DNA from: Phyllosticta citribraziliensis
Taxonomy: Eukaryota
Length of the DNA: 64,000 bases
Reading direction: 5' to 3'
Assembly: GCF_038025025.1 (NCBI RefSeq)
Contig: NW_027117342.1
Span: forward strand, 2,108,001 to 2,172,000
Under the pieces are notes generated by a model. It was not told the origin of the DNA. It made no database searches and saw only the letters and a list, made by a program, of their open reading frames with translations. Positions within the stretch are counted from its first letter, which is position 1; each line of letters starts with the position of its first letter. The position numbers were made by a program, and so were the translations under genes. Shown piece after piece: positions 13,715 through 25,942 of this stretch.

Positions 13715-16304
13715 ATGGTCTCTTACCTCGCTGACTGCCACGCCCAAATGCCTCCCTCCGACTTTGACCTCTATCCTTCTCAAGACTACTCGGACCTGCT
13801 CTCCCAGGCCCACTATCCTCCGAACAACCCTCACCAATTCACCTTTGGACAACCTCACCAACCCCACCACTCCTTCTCCGCGCCATTCAAGCCCACCAAC
13901 ACAAACGTCTTCGCCATGAACCCCTTCAACAGGCAGGGCGGCTTCCTCCCCTACTCCCCCGTGGCATCACCGGCTTCGGCAGCACAGTCCTTCGACGTCT
14001 GCCCTCCGCACCTGTCGTCCGCTTCCGAGTCTGGCGCCTCTGTCCACAGCACTTCCTCGTCTGCCCAAGCCTCGCCCTCGATGAACCAGCAGTTCGCCGA
14101 ACCCTGGAGCGTCTTGGGCCAAGGCCTCGGACTTGGCCCGGGCCTGGAAATGCCCGAGTTTGCCAGCTGCGGCTTCGAGTACGACACCATGGTCGCGACC
14201 GACAAGATCTCGGGCTGTGTGGGTGAGTCTGCCAATTTTTCTTCGCACTCGCAAGCAATCTCCTCCTCTTCTCGCTCCGCCGCATCTCCTTTGCGTGCTG
14301 CCTCGTCGGGGCCTGCCCCCTTTCCCGCTTCAGTCAGTCCACGTCAGAGCAGCCCTGCAAATAGCACGGCCTCGCCAGCTCCAATCAGAGAGGACGAGCT
14401 GTTCAAGACTCCGACCACGCCGGCATCAGCCATGGTTTCTTGTAGCCCGTCGTCTGCGTCTCCTTCTCTGCAGTCCAATCGACGTCCTGTGACGGCAATG
14501 GCTGCGGGTCGGGGCCGCCGAAACTCCTTGCTTTCAACCCAAATCTGGCCTAGCGCGGGAGCGGCCGAGCTCGCATCATCCCCCACGCTCTCGTATCAGG
14601 CACAAGAGTCGCCTGCCAGTCTTTCTTCGTCTCAATTTGACTCTTCCTGTCGGTTTCCTCGCCTTTCCTAGTCCCTTTGTCTAGTCTTTTGTCGCTTTGG
14701 TTTTCCTGGCTTGTATTTTGTTCTAACACGCTCGTCTCGCAGACCCCAACTTGATCAACCCTTTCCAATCGTCCGCTCAATTCACCACCTCGCCATATCC
14801 CGATTTTGCTACTCCATCGCTTCCTTACCAGGGCTTCGTAGAGCAGCCCCCTTCTCCCGCTCCTTCCAACCAATCCGTCCACAGCCACTCCGTCTCTGAC
14901 TCGAGAAGATTCAAAACTTCTGGGAGCCAGTCACCCTACCTCCACAACAACGCCTTCCAGCCCTACCCCGCTTACAACCCTGCTCGCCGCCCCTCGGTGG
15001 CATCCATCCAGTCAAGACAGTCGCAGGGCAGCCGTAGGAGTGGAAGCTATGAGCTTGACGAAGAGGCCAGGGAAAAGGGACTCTGCCCCATTGAGGGCTG
15101 CGGGCGTGTCTTCAAGGACCTCAAGGCGCACATGCTCACCCACCAAAATGAGCGTCCCGAAAAGTGCCCCATCACTTCCTGTGAATACCACCTCAAGGGC
15201 TTTGCACGCAAATACGACAAGAACCGACACACCCTGACCCACTACAAGGGTACCATGGTGTGTGGCTTCTGCCCGGGCTCCGGTAGCGCGGCCGAAAAGT
15301 CGTTCAACAGGGCCGACGTCTTCAAGAGACACCTGACGGCTGTGCACGGCGTCGAGCAAACGCCACCCAATAGCCGCAAAAAGTCTCCCTCGTCATCGGC
15401 CAAGCGGACGCACCCAGGCAACAGCTCCGCTGCCGGAACCTGCTCCACCTGCTCCGTCACCTTTGCCAACGCCCAAGAGTTCTACGAGCACTTGGACGAC
15501 TGCGTGCTGCGTGTGGTCCAGCAAGCCGACCCGGCCGAGGCCATCAACCACAAGCTCCTGTCGAGCGTCGTCGACGACAAGAATGTCAAGGAGACGCTGG
15601 ACAGGCACTGTCTGTCTCGTGACGCTCCGTCGACCACTTCGAGCTTTGACGAGGACGACGACGAGGATGACTTTGACGTCGACGACGCCAATGACGCTAC
15701 CTACGGCGTGCGCCGGAGTAAGCGTCAAAAGCGCGACAGCTTCAATTGACAATCCGCACGTTCCCGGGGTGTCGGTTCGCACGCCGGGGACGGCACTTCC
15801 AACATCCAACCCAAGCCCCTAGGTGAGAAGGGCAACGCCAACGCAAGAAGCGGACGCATCGGCCTCACGCTGTCCAAAGGCGGCGTGACGCTGCCGACGG
15901 CGACGTCGCGCAAGAAGCGCAAGCACTACCCGACGTCGTGGGGGTGCCCGGCGGAGCGCATGCGGATGAAGAAGCGCGTGCTGTGCGTGTACGACGGGCA
16001 GCGGCGGCTGTGGAAGGACGACATGATGCTCAACCAGGACCTCGAGGTGCGCATCACGCTGCCAGGCACCGGGCCCGACGGCCGCAAGATGTGGGTCACC
16101 GACCTCGACGTGCAGACGCTCAAGCGCGCCGAGGCGCTGCATGCCATGCCCGAGGCTGACAAGGGCGAGAATCGCTGGGACAATGTCGTCGGCGGCGACT
16201 TGGACCTTGTCGACGCTGCAACGCCGACGCCTGCCACCGCTGCATTGTCGCTGCCCATGCATTCCGCATCTTCGTCGTCGTCGTCAGCTACTTTCGAGCT
16301 GTGA
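13715..16304 (+). CDS. C2H2 zinc-finger transcription factor with alternative 5' splice donors and a C-terminal extension behind an in-frame TGA
   Basis: ATG 13715 (CACC-ATG-G). Intron with acceptor CAG 14742 (branch TTCTAAC) and donors at 14223 or 14649. Fingers: CPIEGC..HMLTH, CPITSC..HTLTH, CGFC..HLTAVH and CSTC..HLDDC. First stop TGA 15747-15749; the same frame stays open to TGA 16302-16304. Confidence 0.85.
15747..15794 (+). other. Candidate stop-codon readthrough element: TGA-CAA plus 3' GC-rich hairpin
   Basis: TGA CAA TCC GCA, then a stem in which 15759-15767 (CGTTCCCGG) pairs with 15784-15792 (CCGGGGACG), extended by GTG/CAC and CG/CG pairs. Confidence 0.55.
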
Positions 16305-19300
16305 TGGCCTTCTTCCTCCAAAAACAATTGTTTGACTGTTTGTTGTTGTACTTGTACCAACCCATCTCTTACCCCCCTCTTTCCCCTCTACCTAATCCCA
16401 TCCCTTCTTTCATTACATGTTTCCACCATCACCTCCTCGGCCATGTCTCCAGGCGGAGTGGATCAACTGCTTGTTGTTGCAAATTCGGTTTGGTTTGGTT
16501 CCAAGTGTCTTGTTGTGTGCGTTTGCGGGCGTTTTTTATCCGGGCAAGGCAAGCGAAACGGGATTGGGAAAGGGAACAGCGCAATGGCGATACCATGTGT
16601 GGACGGCCGCTCCATGAAATCTGTTTTTCCTCTTTAGCTTTGTTCGCGTCTGCTTTTTTCTGTTATTGTTGTTATCATCGGTGGGCGGGTCAGTCTGTCA
16701 GTCTGTCTGCCGGTACGAAACGCTGTGCTTGCTGGGCGGCACACCTTCGACCGACGGCAGCAACGACGACGACATGTTGTTTGCGGTGGCGTGGCGGTCA
16801 TTTGTCCTCTCTGGCTTTTGTCCTTTTTTGGGGGTTTGCGGTCTGCACTTAGAGTGGGTGCGATGAGCTGCTTGACACGTAGGCACGTTTACGGATGGAT
16901 GGACATGAAGTTATGCGTGTATGCATGCATGGCTTCAAATACTACTACAAATACCTCACAATGAACGACTACAAAAAAAAGACTACTCCAATCCTTTACT
17001 CTCCCTTTTGTGCCCGGCGGCCCTCATCCAACAACCTGTCTTCCTACTCCCCCCCCTGGGTCCCTTCCCTCCATCACCCCAGCTATACTAAGCTATGCGT
17101 AGGAAGTCTCCCCACCCCTCCCTGTCCACTGACCTACTACCCCCCGCTCGATGCCTACATTAACACGTCGCACATATCGAGCAGTCAGCATGGATGGGTG
17201 GGGTAGGTAGGTAGCGCGGGCGGCCGCGTCCCTGACTGCTGCGAATCGGGAAAGCGGCGGCAGGCAAGATCCTTGGCGTCGGACGGCAGGGCAGGGCAGG
17301 GCAGGGCAGGGCAGTGCTGAAACGACGGGCGGGCCTGCCTGCGATGCAAGCCCCCTGATTTGGATCGTTTGGTTGTGTTGCAGTGTAGTCTACGTTGTGT
17401 GGTGATGATGATGATGATGCAAGAAACCAAAGAATACCTCGCATGAAGTAAAGGACGCAAGCAAAGGCGCGACAGTCGGAATCCACGACCACGAGTTTGG
17501 TCGCGAAAGCGCCCGCCGTCCGTCTGGTGTGCGGCGATGAGGAGCAGTCAAACAGAGTCCTTGGGGGATGTTGTATAGCTTGCGTTTGTGCTGTCCTGTG
17601 TCTGCTCTGTTGGTTTTGTGGAGGGGTGATTAAGCTGTGATTGGGGAAGGGAAAGGAAGGAAAGCTACTGAGCAGCAGTGTGGAAGGAGAGTGGTGGATT
17701 TGAGTGTCGTTGATGAGTGATGAAGGAGTGGGGCGGCGTTGTTAAGTGATGCCGTAGGCCGCTTTATGAAGGCAGTGTTTTGAGTCTAAGCGTGCATGGA
17801 GAGGCAGAGTGACGTTGACTCCGAAACGAAAAGCAGAAGTCATCTGGCCCGCACCGTCCCTCCCAAAAGTACAGGTGGCTGTTCATCTTCCTGCCCGGGC
17901 GAATTCTCTCGCCGACTCTGGAGTAAGAGTAGAGGTTGTGCGCGGAGTTCATATACTTTGACCGTAGGGCGGAAGAGACAGGCAGGCACATGCCATCGCT
18001 GCCTTGCGCCTTTGCCTTTGCCTGTGCCTGTGCCTAGCACAAGATCAGGAGGGCGACGTGAAAGCGGCGGCTTGTGACAAGCACCTGCTCCTTCTACTGC
18101 CCACGAGCTCAATCCTCCAGAGGTATAAAACCACTCTCATTTTCCTTCCTTTCTCTTGCTCAAGAGCAGAGTGCGCGGCACTGAGCGGCGTACCAGGGAC
18201 AATTCTGACTGTTTCGTGGAAAAGTCAGGTCGCTGAACCTATACTTTGCGTTGTGCCCACACCACCACTTAATTTTTCCGAAGCCGCGTCTCTGATTTTC
18301 AGGAGTTGAGCGTGATGAGGATTCAACAAAACGATGCTGACGAGCGAAATCAAGTGTTGTTGGAGAACACACCAATATGCGATAATGAAGATATCCAGCA
18401 TTCTTCGAGCTGGCAGAAGACGTAGACAGCAAAAATACAACGAGTGACTTGCATAGCTGCGTCGATTTCTAGGCGCCCGACACGACACAGTAGCAGTGTC
18501 ATTCACTTCTCAGAAGTCTCCCTCCGCTCTGACTCCTCGAGTCAATCGAAACTTTTCGAGAAGCGAGCTGACGGCTCTTATACCTCGAGCTGCCGGGAAA
18601 GGGAAGGCAAGCACATGCGACGCTCTATCTGCGTACGCACGCGCTCTGGTTTCTCGTCATGTGGCGGCGCTGGAGCCTGCGACGCACATGCGGTATTCTG
18701 CTGAGCATGTGAGGTTTGCTTTGCTGCTCGCGTATAAACATCTCGTACTTCTTCCTCTCAGGTTGTCTTCGATGAGCAAGGCTTTTGTGTGCGATACCTG
18801 GATCTGCACCCACTCCGGTTTGACTTTTTTTGCTTGTCTTCTCGGCTTCAGTGGATGGGAAGGACGGGGTCAGATTGGTGAGAAGTTGACTGCCAGAAAA
18901 GGAAGTCGGCGGCATGCAGCATCACAAGAAAATGGTGCACTTCTTCAGCACCACAGCTTCATGGGGGCAGCGATGGAGCATTCATGACGCAGGCCGAGCC
19001 GGCCACAATTTCCGTTCGCGCACAAATAAAATGGCGAAGGAGACAAGGACCAAAAGAGTAGGAACAAGTTGTCTCTATGTAGTTCTCATCAATTGATGTC
19101 GTGATGGAAGATGGAGAGCATGTACTGCCGACGCCGAGCCTTCACGACTCTTATATACAGAACCAGAGAGGTGATCCAGTTCGCTCCGGTGACATTCACA
19201 TCCACGTGGCTTTCTACGCTGACTAGAAGCATGCGCACCGCGCTGTGCCTGGGCCCACGCGGTATCACTCATTTCTATCTTCGAGGCTGTATAAAAGCGC

Positions 19301-21437
19301 TCTTGTTTCTATGTTGAGTTTTGCACTTCGCGCCGTGGGACTTCATCGTGAACAAGGCCCTATGAAAGGAATTGACGGAATACTAATGCATATGCACTTT
19401 TGTGGTTTTTGTTTGCTTGTTGGGTTGGGGAATCCTGTCACCTCTTCCGCGGGAGGAAATGGAAGGGCCTCTTTGATATGATGGAGATGCGCAACAGAAA
19501 CGTCTGGAAGCGTCGACCAGCATCACTTCTTGATGGCGGTCAACTGAAGAACGACATCGAAGAACCCACGAAAAGAAAGAAGGCCGATGACAGGAAAAAA
19601 AAACCACAAGTAGTAGGGGTCGATCTTCGTGTACGCGACCCAAGCACCCAGTGCGCCGCGAGTATGGTAGCAATCAATGAGTTGCGCACTCGCATCCTCA
19701 CGATCCACCCTGACCCCCTAGCACCGGCGATGGAAGCACTTTAAATAGCCAAAACAGGGGAAGGGTCTCAAGCTCCAGACTAGCCACGTGTAGCGCGCGC
19801 GTGCTGCCTGCGTCCCCTGACGCGATGCGGATCGCCCCTGATGATCGCCTCGCTGCCGCACGTGGGATCCTTGCTTGTGATGGTCGCATGTCCCCTGCCC
19901 TGCATCTATAAAACCGTGGCTTCAAGCGGCGGGAGGGGAGTGGACAACAGCGTCTGGGTGCGCCGCGGCGGTTAAGCACAAGTGACAGGCTGACTTTGTT
20001 TGGCTGTACACAGGATCAGGCACACTTGTTCTCTTGCGCTTCGTTTGCTGTCTGTCTTCTGTTGGCATCGGGGGCACAGGAGCGGCGGGTTGCTGCGCTG
20101 TCAACGCCAAAGTTGATGATCAGGAGCAACGTTGTCGACAGTTGATGCGCAAAAGCACTGCAACTGAATGACGAAGGGGCCGCTCAGAGTTGGTCCGAAG
20201 GACCGGAAAGCAGTTTGTCCCTGATGTCGGTGCAACGCCCGACAGGCACAGTACGGTCTTAGGCAGTATCTTCCACCAAACCAGCAGCGCAGACATGCCT
20301 TGCGAAGTGAAGGATTTGGACGTTCTTAAAAAGCGAGACAAGCCAGGCTGTAGAGGTCAAGTGACGGATTCACCAATACGGTCAGGAGCCAGTGAACTTA
20401 CCACATGCTACAGGTTCTTGAGCATCAGAAGCTTCGCGCCGTCCTCGCTCATGATTCCCAAGCCTGTGCACTCTTCAGTCGGAGGCTAAAAGCGCGTTTT
20501 CTTACCGCTTCAAACCACAGACACAGCCTACACTGGGCCGCAGCTGTGGAAGAACTACCAACGAAACCCCGTGCACTTCTGGTTGTTTGTCGTTCTGTTC
20601 TCCTTCATTCCGTAGCGCAAATGGAAGGCCGCTCTCTAGGATCAACTAAACGTAGGACCAACATTGGTCAGAAATCAGCAGTACCGTGAGACGTCAACGA
20701 TTCTCGACAGCACCACGGTGTCTCGTTGACAGACGCCTCGCAAACCAAGTGCTCAAAAGGCAGATAGCCAAATCCTCGATCCAGGAGCGAGGGCGCGGGC
20801 GAGCAGAGCCAGTAAGTGCATGAGAAGGCCTCCCTACGAAGGAGAGTCGATTGATAGGTGTTAAGTCTGATTCTCGTTCGAGTACGACAAGCTTGGCAGT
20901 CTCGATGATCAAAAAGGTAGAACCAGCAGGACTTTGCCCTCCTTAAATATTGCAGAAGTTCGCGGTCCGACGCTCGGATACAAGCTTCTCCACATGCTTG
21001 CCGATTACGGGCAGTCATGCGACTCTTGTGGTCCTCGTGCCGGTGCCCAAGCTCCGGCGGCGCTTCTGTTGATCCGTGGATTCGCAAGTATAAAAGCGTA
21101 GAGCTCTTCGGGGTGAAGGGACCCAGGAAATCACCAAGCTGAAGCAGACAGGAAAGACTCCACTCCTTCGACTGCTTCTGGTGGGCCAAATCCACGGAGA
21201 AACTTTGAACTGGTTGTTGCTGGGGTCTTGGTTCCGCCCATCAGTTCTGGCTGTTCTCCCAGGCCGGTCAATAAAAGCCATTCCAGAATTTCGACATTGC
21301 TCGATGATACACCAAACTCTCGAGACACAGTGATGAAGTACGTCATAGTCTTGTGTGCGTGCTTTGTGGTCAAGGATACGCAAGCAGTGGCTTGTGAGCA
21401 AAGAAATTGCATTCAGTAGATGCAGAAAATGGACTTC

Positions 21438-22295
21438 TCACCGACAGTCTTCACAAACGCTGCCGTCTGGGTTTCTCTTCACCTCTCCCTCGCCAGAAGC
21501 TTCGTGCTCTTTCTTCTCCTTGCTTTTGCTCTCGTCTTGCTTTTCCTTTGATTCCTCCGGCTTCTTCGCTCCCTGTTTGCCGTGCACATCTGAGTGGCCC
21601 AAGTTCCGCTTCGGCTCCAGGTGATCTCTCACCCTTTGCTTCAAGACTTTCGTCTCGGGGAACCCGCCCTCGGCTTTACGATCCCACAGCAAGACATCTT
21701 GAACCGTGGAATCCGCGCCCTCCTCGGCGCCTGCGATGTCCGAAGGGCGGTAACTCTGTAACGCAATTAGATGTTTGATTTGCCAAGAAGGGAAGCGAAG
21801 AATTCGGAAGGCTGGCTTACGAGTCCCACTGTGAAAAGGCCCCCGGTGGCGGGAATCAAAGCGATCTCGCCAATGGTTGTGCCGAATGTGGAGAGGAGCT
21901 CTTGCCCAAACTGCAGCGATACGGACGCGGGATCAGCGTGGCTGTTCCGATGAAAAGCCTCCACAACTCTTAAGGCCAATTATAGCAAAAGAAAATAGAG
22001 CCCCATATCAGTATCTTTCCGAGGAGAAACAACGGCAAGAGGCATGGAATGTAGTGCCAAGTTCTGCATCCAACACCAAAGAATCCAACTCGTCGATGCC
22101 ATTTACGTCGCCCCAAAGCCACCAAACAATGCATTCCCAGCAAGATCCAACGCGCAAAAGAAATCAAAGGAAGTCGGCACTCACATAGGCTGCCCGCAGC
22201 ATCCAGCGACACTGCGTGCAGTACGTAATGGCAACCCTAGGAAGCTTGACTTCCGTCACCGAAGCCGCCGCCGTGTTGGTCTGCGTATCAGACAT
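21438..22295 (-). CDS. SelT/SelW/SelH (Rdx family) thioredoxin-like protein, Cys form
   Basis: Exons 22295-22185, 21910-21821 and 21755-21438. PRVAITYCTQCRWMLRAAY-FGQELLSTF..ALIPATGGLFTV..LWDRKAEGGFPETKVLKQRVRD..LGHSD; C-terminal CEDC. Confidence 0.92.
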
Positions 22296-23549
22296 GATGC
22301 TTAATAGATGGTTTGCGGACCCAAGGACAATCTAGAGCCGAATCGGGAAAGGGAATAGATGCAAAAGAGGAAAAAGAGTATGTGGAAATGAAGGGCCTCG
22401 CCGATGTCGACTGAGACAGGAGGAAAAGGCTTTGCTCGTCTGCCGCGGTGCGCGGAGAGGGGACACCTGGCCAGGAAGGAATCTGTCCACTGCAGCGACC
22501 CGTCTGTCTGGCCGTCGGTCCTGGGAGTCTGGAACGCGGGCAGGGAAGAAAGCCGCAGGGTCTGACTGAAATAGGAGAATCGCGACCGTGAGCTTGGACA
22601 GGGTCGACGGGAATGCACAGAAGGAGAAGGACGGGACCAGGGAGTTGTGGCTTTGGAGGGGCAGCGAAACTGCAGCGTTTCAGAGATACGACGGCCGTCT
22701 GGCTAGGTTCCGTGGCGATGGGGATTGTGGCTTCCAAGGTTGAGGGCCTCTTTAGATCGAAAGCAGCAACGTCCGTGGGCGCAATGTTTCGGTTGTCGAC
22801 AGACTCAGCGGGACGGCAGCTTGCATGTGGTGGTGTTGAGTGGAGGTGGGTTTCTCCGGTGGATGAGGTGCGGTCCGCTGTGGTTGTTTTTGCTGCGACG
22901 TCATCCATCGGCCGCGCCGGGTGCGGGATCGGGATCGGCGCAGGGGTCGTCGGGGTCGTCGGGGTCGATTACGGGGAAGAGAGGCATGGAGGAAGGGGAA
23001 AAGTTGGGGGCCGGTGGAAGAGCGCCGGCCCCCTGGTCAATGTTCCGTCTATTTTAAGGTCACAAAGCAGCCATGGCCGGATTCGCATTCTCTGACAAGG
23101 TTTTAACAAACGTGATAGACATTCTCGGTCCGGTCTTTGGATGGAAAAGAAAAGGCGGCAGTCGTAAGCTTAACTTGCGCGAAAAAGACGAGGACACAAG
23201 TGGCCCAGAAGGTCTGATTGAAAAGCTAAAGACGGAGACAGGACGCGTACGACAAACCATAATTATCTTCTCAACGCTCCCATTAGCTATTGTTGGCAGA
23301 CAACATCCGTAAGGTCCGACAGAAAAAGAGCAACGACAAGGCCAGCATGAGATCCAAAACCGTACAAAGTAGACAACCAAAACGCAAATTGTTGGGGTAT
23401 TCCATGCGGAGAGCGCCTGTAAACTAACTCATTGGTCCAATGCGATGTTGTAAACGGGCAAGAAAAAGGTGCTCTGAAATCCATATTGTTTCCATCCCCT
23501 GCCGCCATGGTCTTCGTAAATCATAAATGGTACCAACTGTCAAGTTGAC

Positions 23550-25322
23550 CTACTTGCGCTCCCTGAGCTCGCCGTTCGATTGCTGCTTCTCTGCCCCATC
23601 TGCACCACCCGTTGCGCGAACCTCATCAAGCAACGGTATGGTGTCAATGCTTTCGCTCTTGTCATTCTGCGGGGCGTTGATGCCCGCAGCGGCACCTAGA
23701 CTGAGCTTTTGGGGACTTGTCGATTCAAACATCCCCTGCTGCTGCGGCGAAGTCTTTTCTTCACCCGGCGTTTTGAGTGCCCCAGGGTCAAGTTCTGGGC
23801 TGGCCTGCCACTTGCCCACGTCACGCTTCAAAGCATCCAGCTCTTTCTGGAAGCGTCTGCCAAACACATCAATGTAGTATGTGGCGCCATTGTAGATGGA
23901 CCAGATGAAGACCACAATGAGGAATCCAGCAGACGCCCAACGATACCAGAACCACAGAGGGCAAGGAACCATGGTCAGAACAGCATAACTGTATTGAATC
24001 AACATGAAGGCGGGCTCCTGCAGCGAGTTTGGCAAGGACAAGACGGCCTTGCCGAGTAGAGTTGGTGCATATGATTTCCTGAGCCACGTAAAGGACGTTG
24101 GGCGGCCAGCAGCAATCTGTTCCCGGCGGCGGACCGTAATGATGAAGTGATATGATAGCTGCCAGACTGCGTATGGGACGGTCGCCCAAACAACCATTGA
24201 TGGCAGCTGGTAATGTTGAGGAGAATTGGGATCCGAGTTTCTAATGGCGTAGACGGCTGGAAACTTCTCAGCCTGTTGTGCTGGAGGTAGCAAATGGACG
24301 ATGCAGTGAAGGGCGGCGGGAGGCATTATGTGAATGAAGAGCCTGGAAAGTCAGTCGCTGGGTTTCTGCAGGAGACTACAAGGGCAAACTTACGAAACCA
24401 CCTTGTCCATGGAGTGGAACACAAGAGAGTTGCGCCACATGGCAATTGCCACGGCGTTGTTCCCAAAGGCCAGGCAATACGAAGCGATAAATAGGCGCTT
24501 GCTCCGAGGAAAGACCCAGAGGCTGAGCATGAGGAGCAGGTTGGTGAAATAGCAAAGATCGGCCAAGAAGTAGTGGTAGCCCTTTTTGCGGTACGTGTAG
24601 TATCGGATGGGCATGAAGTAGAGCAGCTGAACCGAATACCAGATGTGGAACCATTCGGGGTGCGCGCCAATCAGGTAGCCGCTGATAAAGACGTTCAACA
24701 CACCAGCGATGAACGAAATCTTTTCGCGGGTGGTAACGGCTTTCGAATCGCTCCATTTTTGTCCCAGGCGATCCACAGAGACGCGCATGCGCTTCTTGTA
24801 CTTGTCCAGTTGTTCGTCGGCGGTAGGAATACGCCGACGCCATTCCTCGATGACCTTGTCCTTTGCACTCAACCCTTGTGTCTTGAGGCGTTGACGCTGG
24901 CGTTCGAGCCGTGTCCTTTGCTTTTCCAACGAGCGCTGGAAACTTTCGATGCGTTGGGGAAGGGCGAGATTCTCTATCATGTCGAATATAGTGAGCTGCT
25001 CCGGGGGTACGAAGCTTTCATCATCTTCATCATCGTCATTCTTGCTGCTCGACGAGAAGGAGCCCGTGCGCGATAGGGGAGCTCCTATGTGTTCGACAGA
25101 GCCTCTCTCCCTTTGAAGAGCCTCGGAGCCGTGGGTCGTGTCTCCGGGAAGAGGATCAGAGAAGCTCTCTGAGTTGCCGCCAAGGGCGGGCTCCGATGTG
25201 GAGGTTGGGATGTTGGCCGATTCAGAGGTCATCTTGAGACCCTCTTCGATAATTTGCAGACCAGAAGGTATTCTCTTGGGTTTCGAACGCTCGGTGACGG
25301 TGGGTGACGGGGCTGTGTCCAT
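23550..25322 (-). CDS. GPC1: Glycerophosphocholine acyltransferase (DUF2838 membrane protein)
   Basis: Intron 24393-24343. Motifs REKISFIAGV, KKGYHYFLADLCYF, WRNSLVFHSMDKVVSLFIHIMPP, AGRPTSFTWLRKSY and YNGATYYIDVFGRRF; several hydrophobic segments. Confidence 0.85.
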
Positions 25323-25409
25323 GGCGGCGGTGCAGATGTCAGTCGTTATGTCTGATGGAACATCAAGGAGAGAGGAATTTTGACACGGGGAGATGCCAGG
25401 AGCTCCCAG

Positions 25410-25790
25410 ACGCGTGGAACGAACGAACCGAGATGTTGTTTTCAGGGTGCAGAGAACCCCGCGAAAGGTTCAAATCATGTGAGATAGCGCGAGTGTGAGT
25501 GTGACTAGCGGCGGGTTTGAAGGATGAGGGTGCCGTCGAAGCTGTGTCGGACGGGAAGCTTCAGATTCGGCCAGGTGGTTGAGCTTGGGGATGTGATTGG
25601 GGGTTGGCACGAAACCTGGAATCCACTGGCTACATCATAGCACCGCCGCACCCCCCGGTGGTGGCTCATGCCTTGTGGCAGTGTCCGGGGAAGCTCCCGA
25701 CACTGCGCCCAGGCATACTCCGTGGGTGCCTTAATGCCTGAGAACGCTCAGCCTCCAGTTGGACCGTGGCCGAGCGCGTTCCCGACGCGT
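25410..25790. promoter_or_regulatory. MCB (ACGCGT) elements in the divergent GPC1/SMC1 promoter
   Basis: ACGCGT at 25410-25415 and 25785-25790, with GCGCGT at 25774-25779. Cohesin genes are MBF (G1/S) targets in yeasts. Confidence 0.5.
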
Positions 25791-25942
25791 CAACCCTCGA
25801 CAACTCTCTCCCCGCCGATCAACAACACCGTCCCATCTCTGCTTGCCTCTGTCTGGCAATGCGACTATTTGCGCCGTGATCGGCTCTCCACCGCAGACTC
25901 TTCAACAGGCTTTCGCGCCCGGTCGGCGCATTCTCCCACGCC

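Noticed and set aside
22100..22240. Selenocysteine at the SelW-like active site
   Set aside because: The motif is encoded TGC-ACG-CAG-TGT (CTQC), with no UGA.
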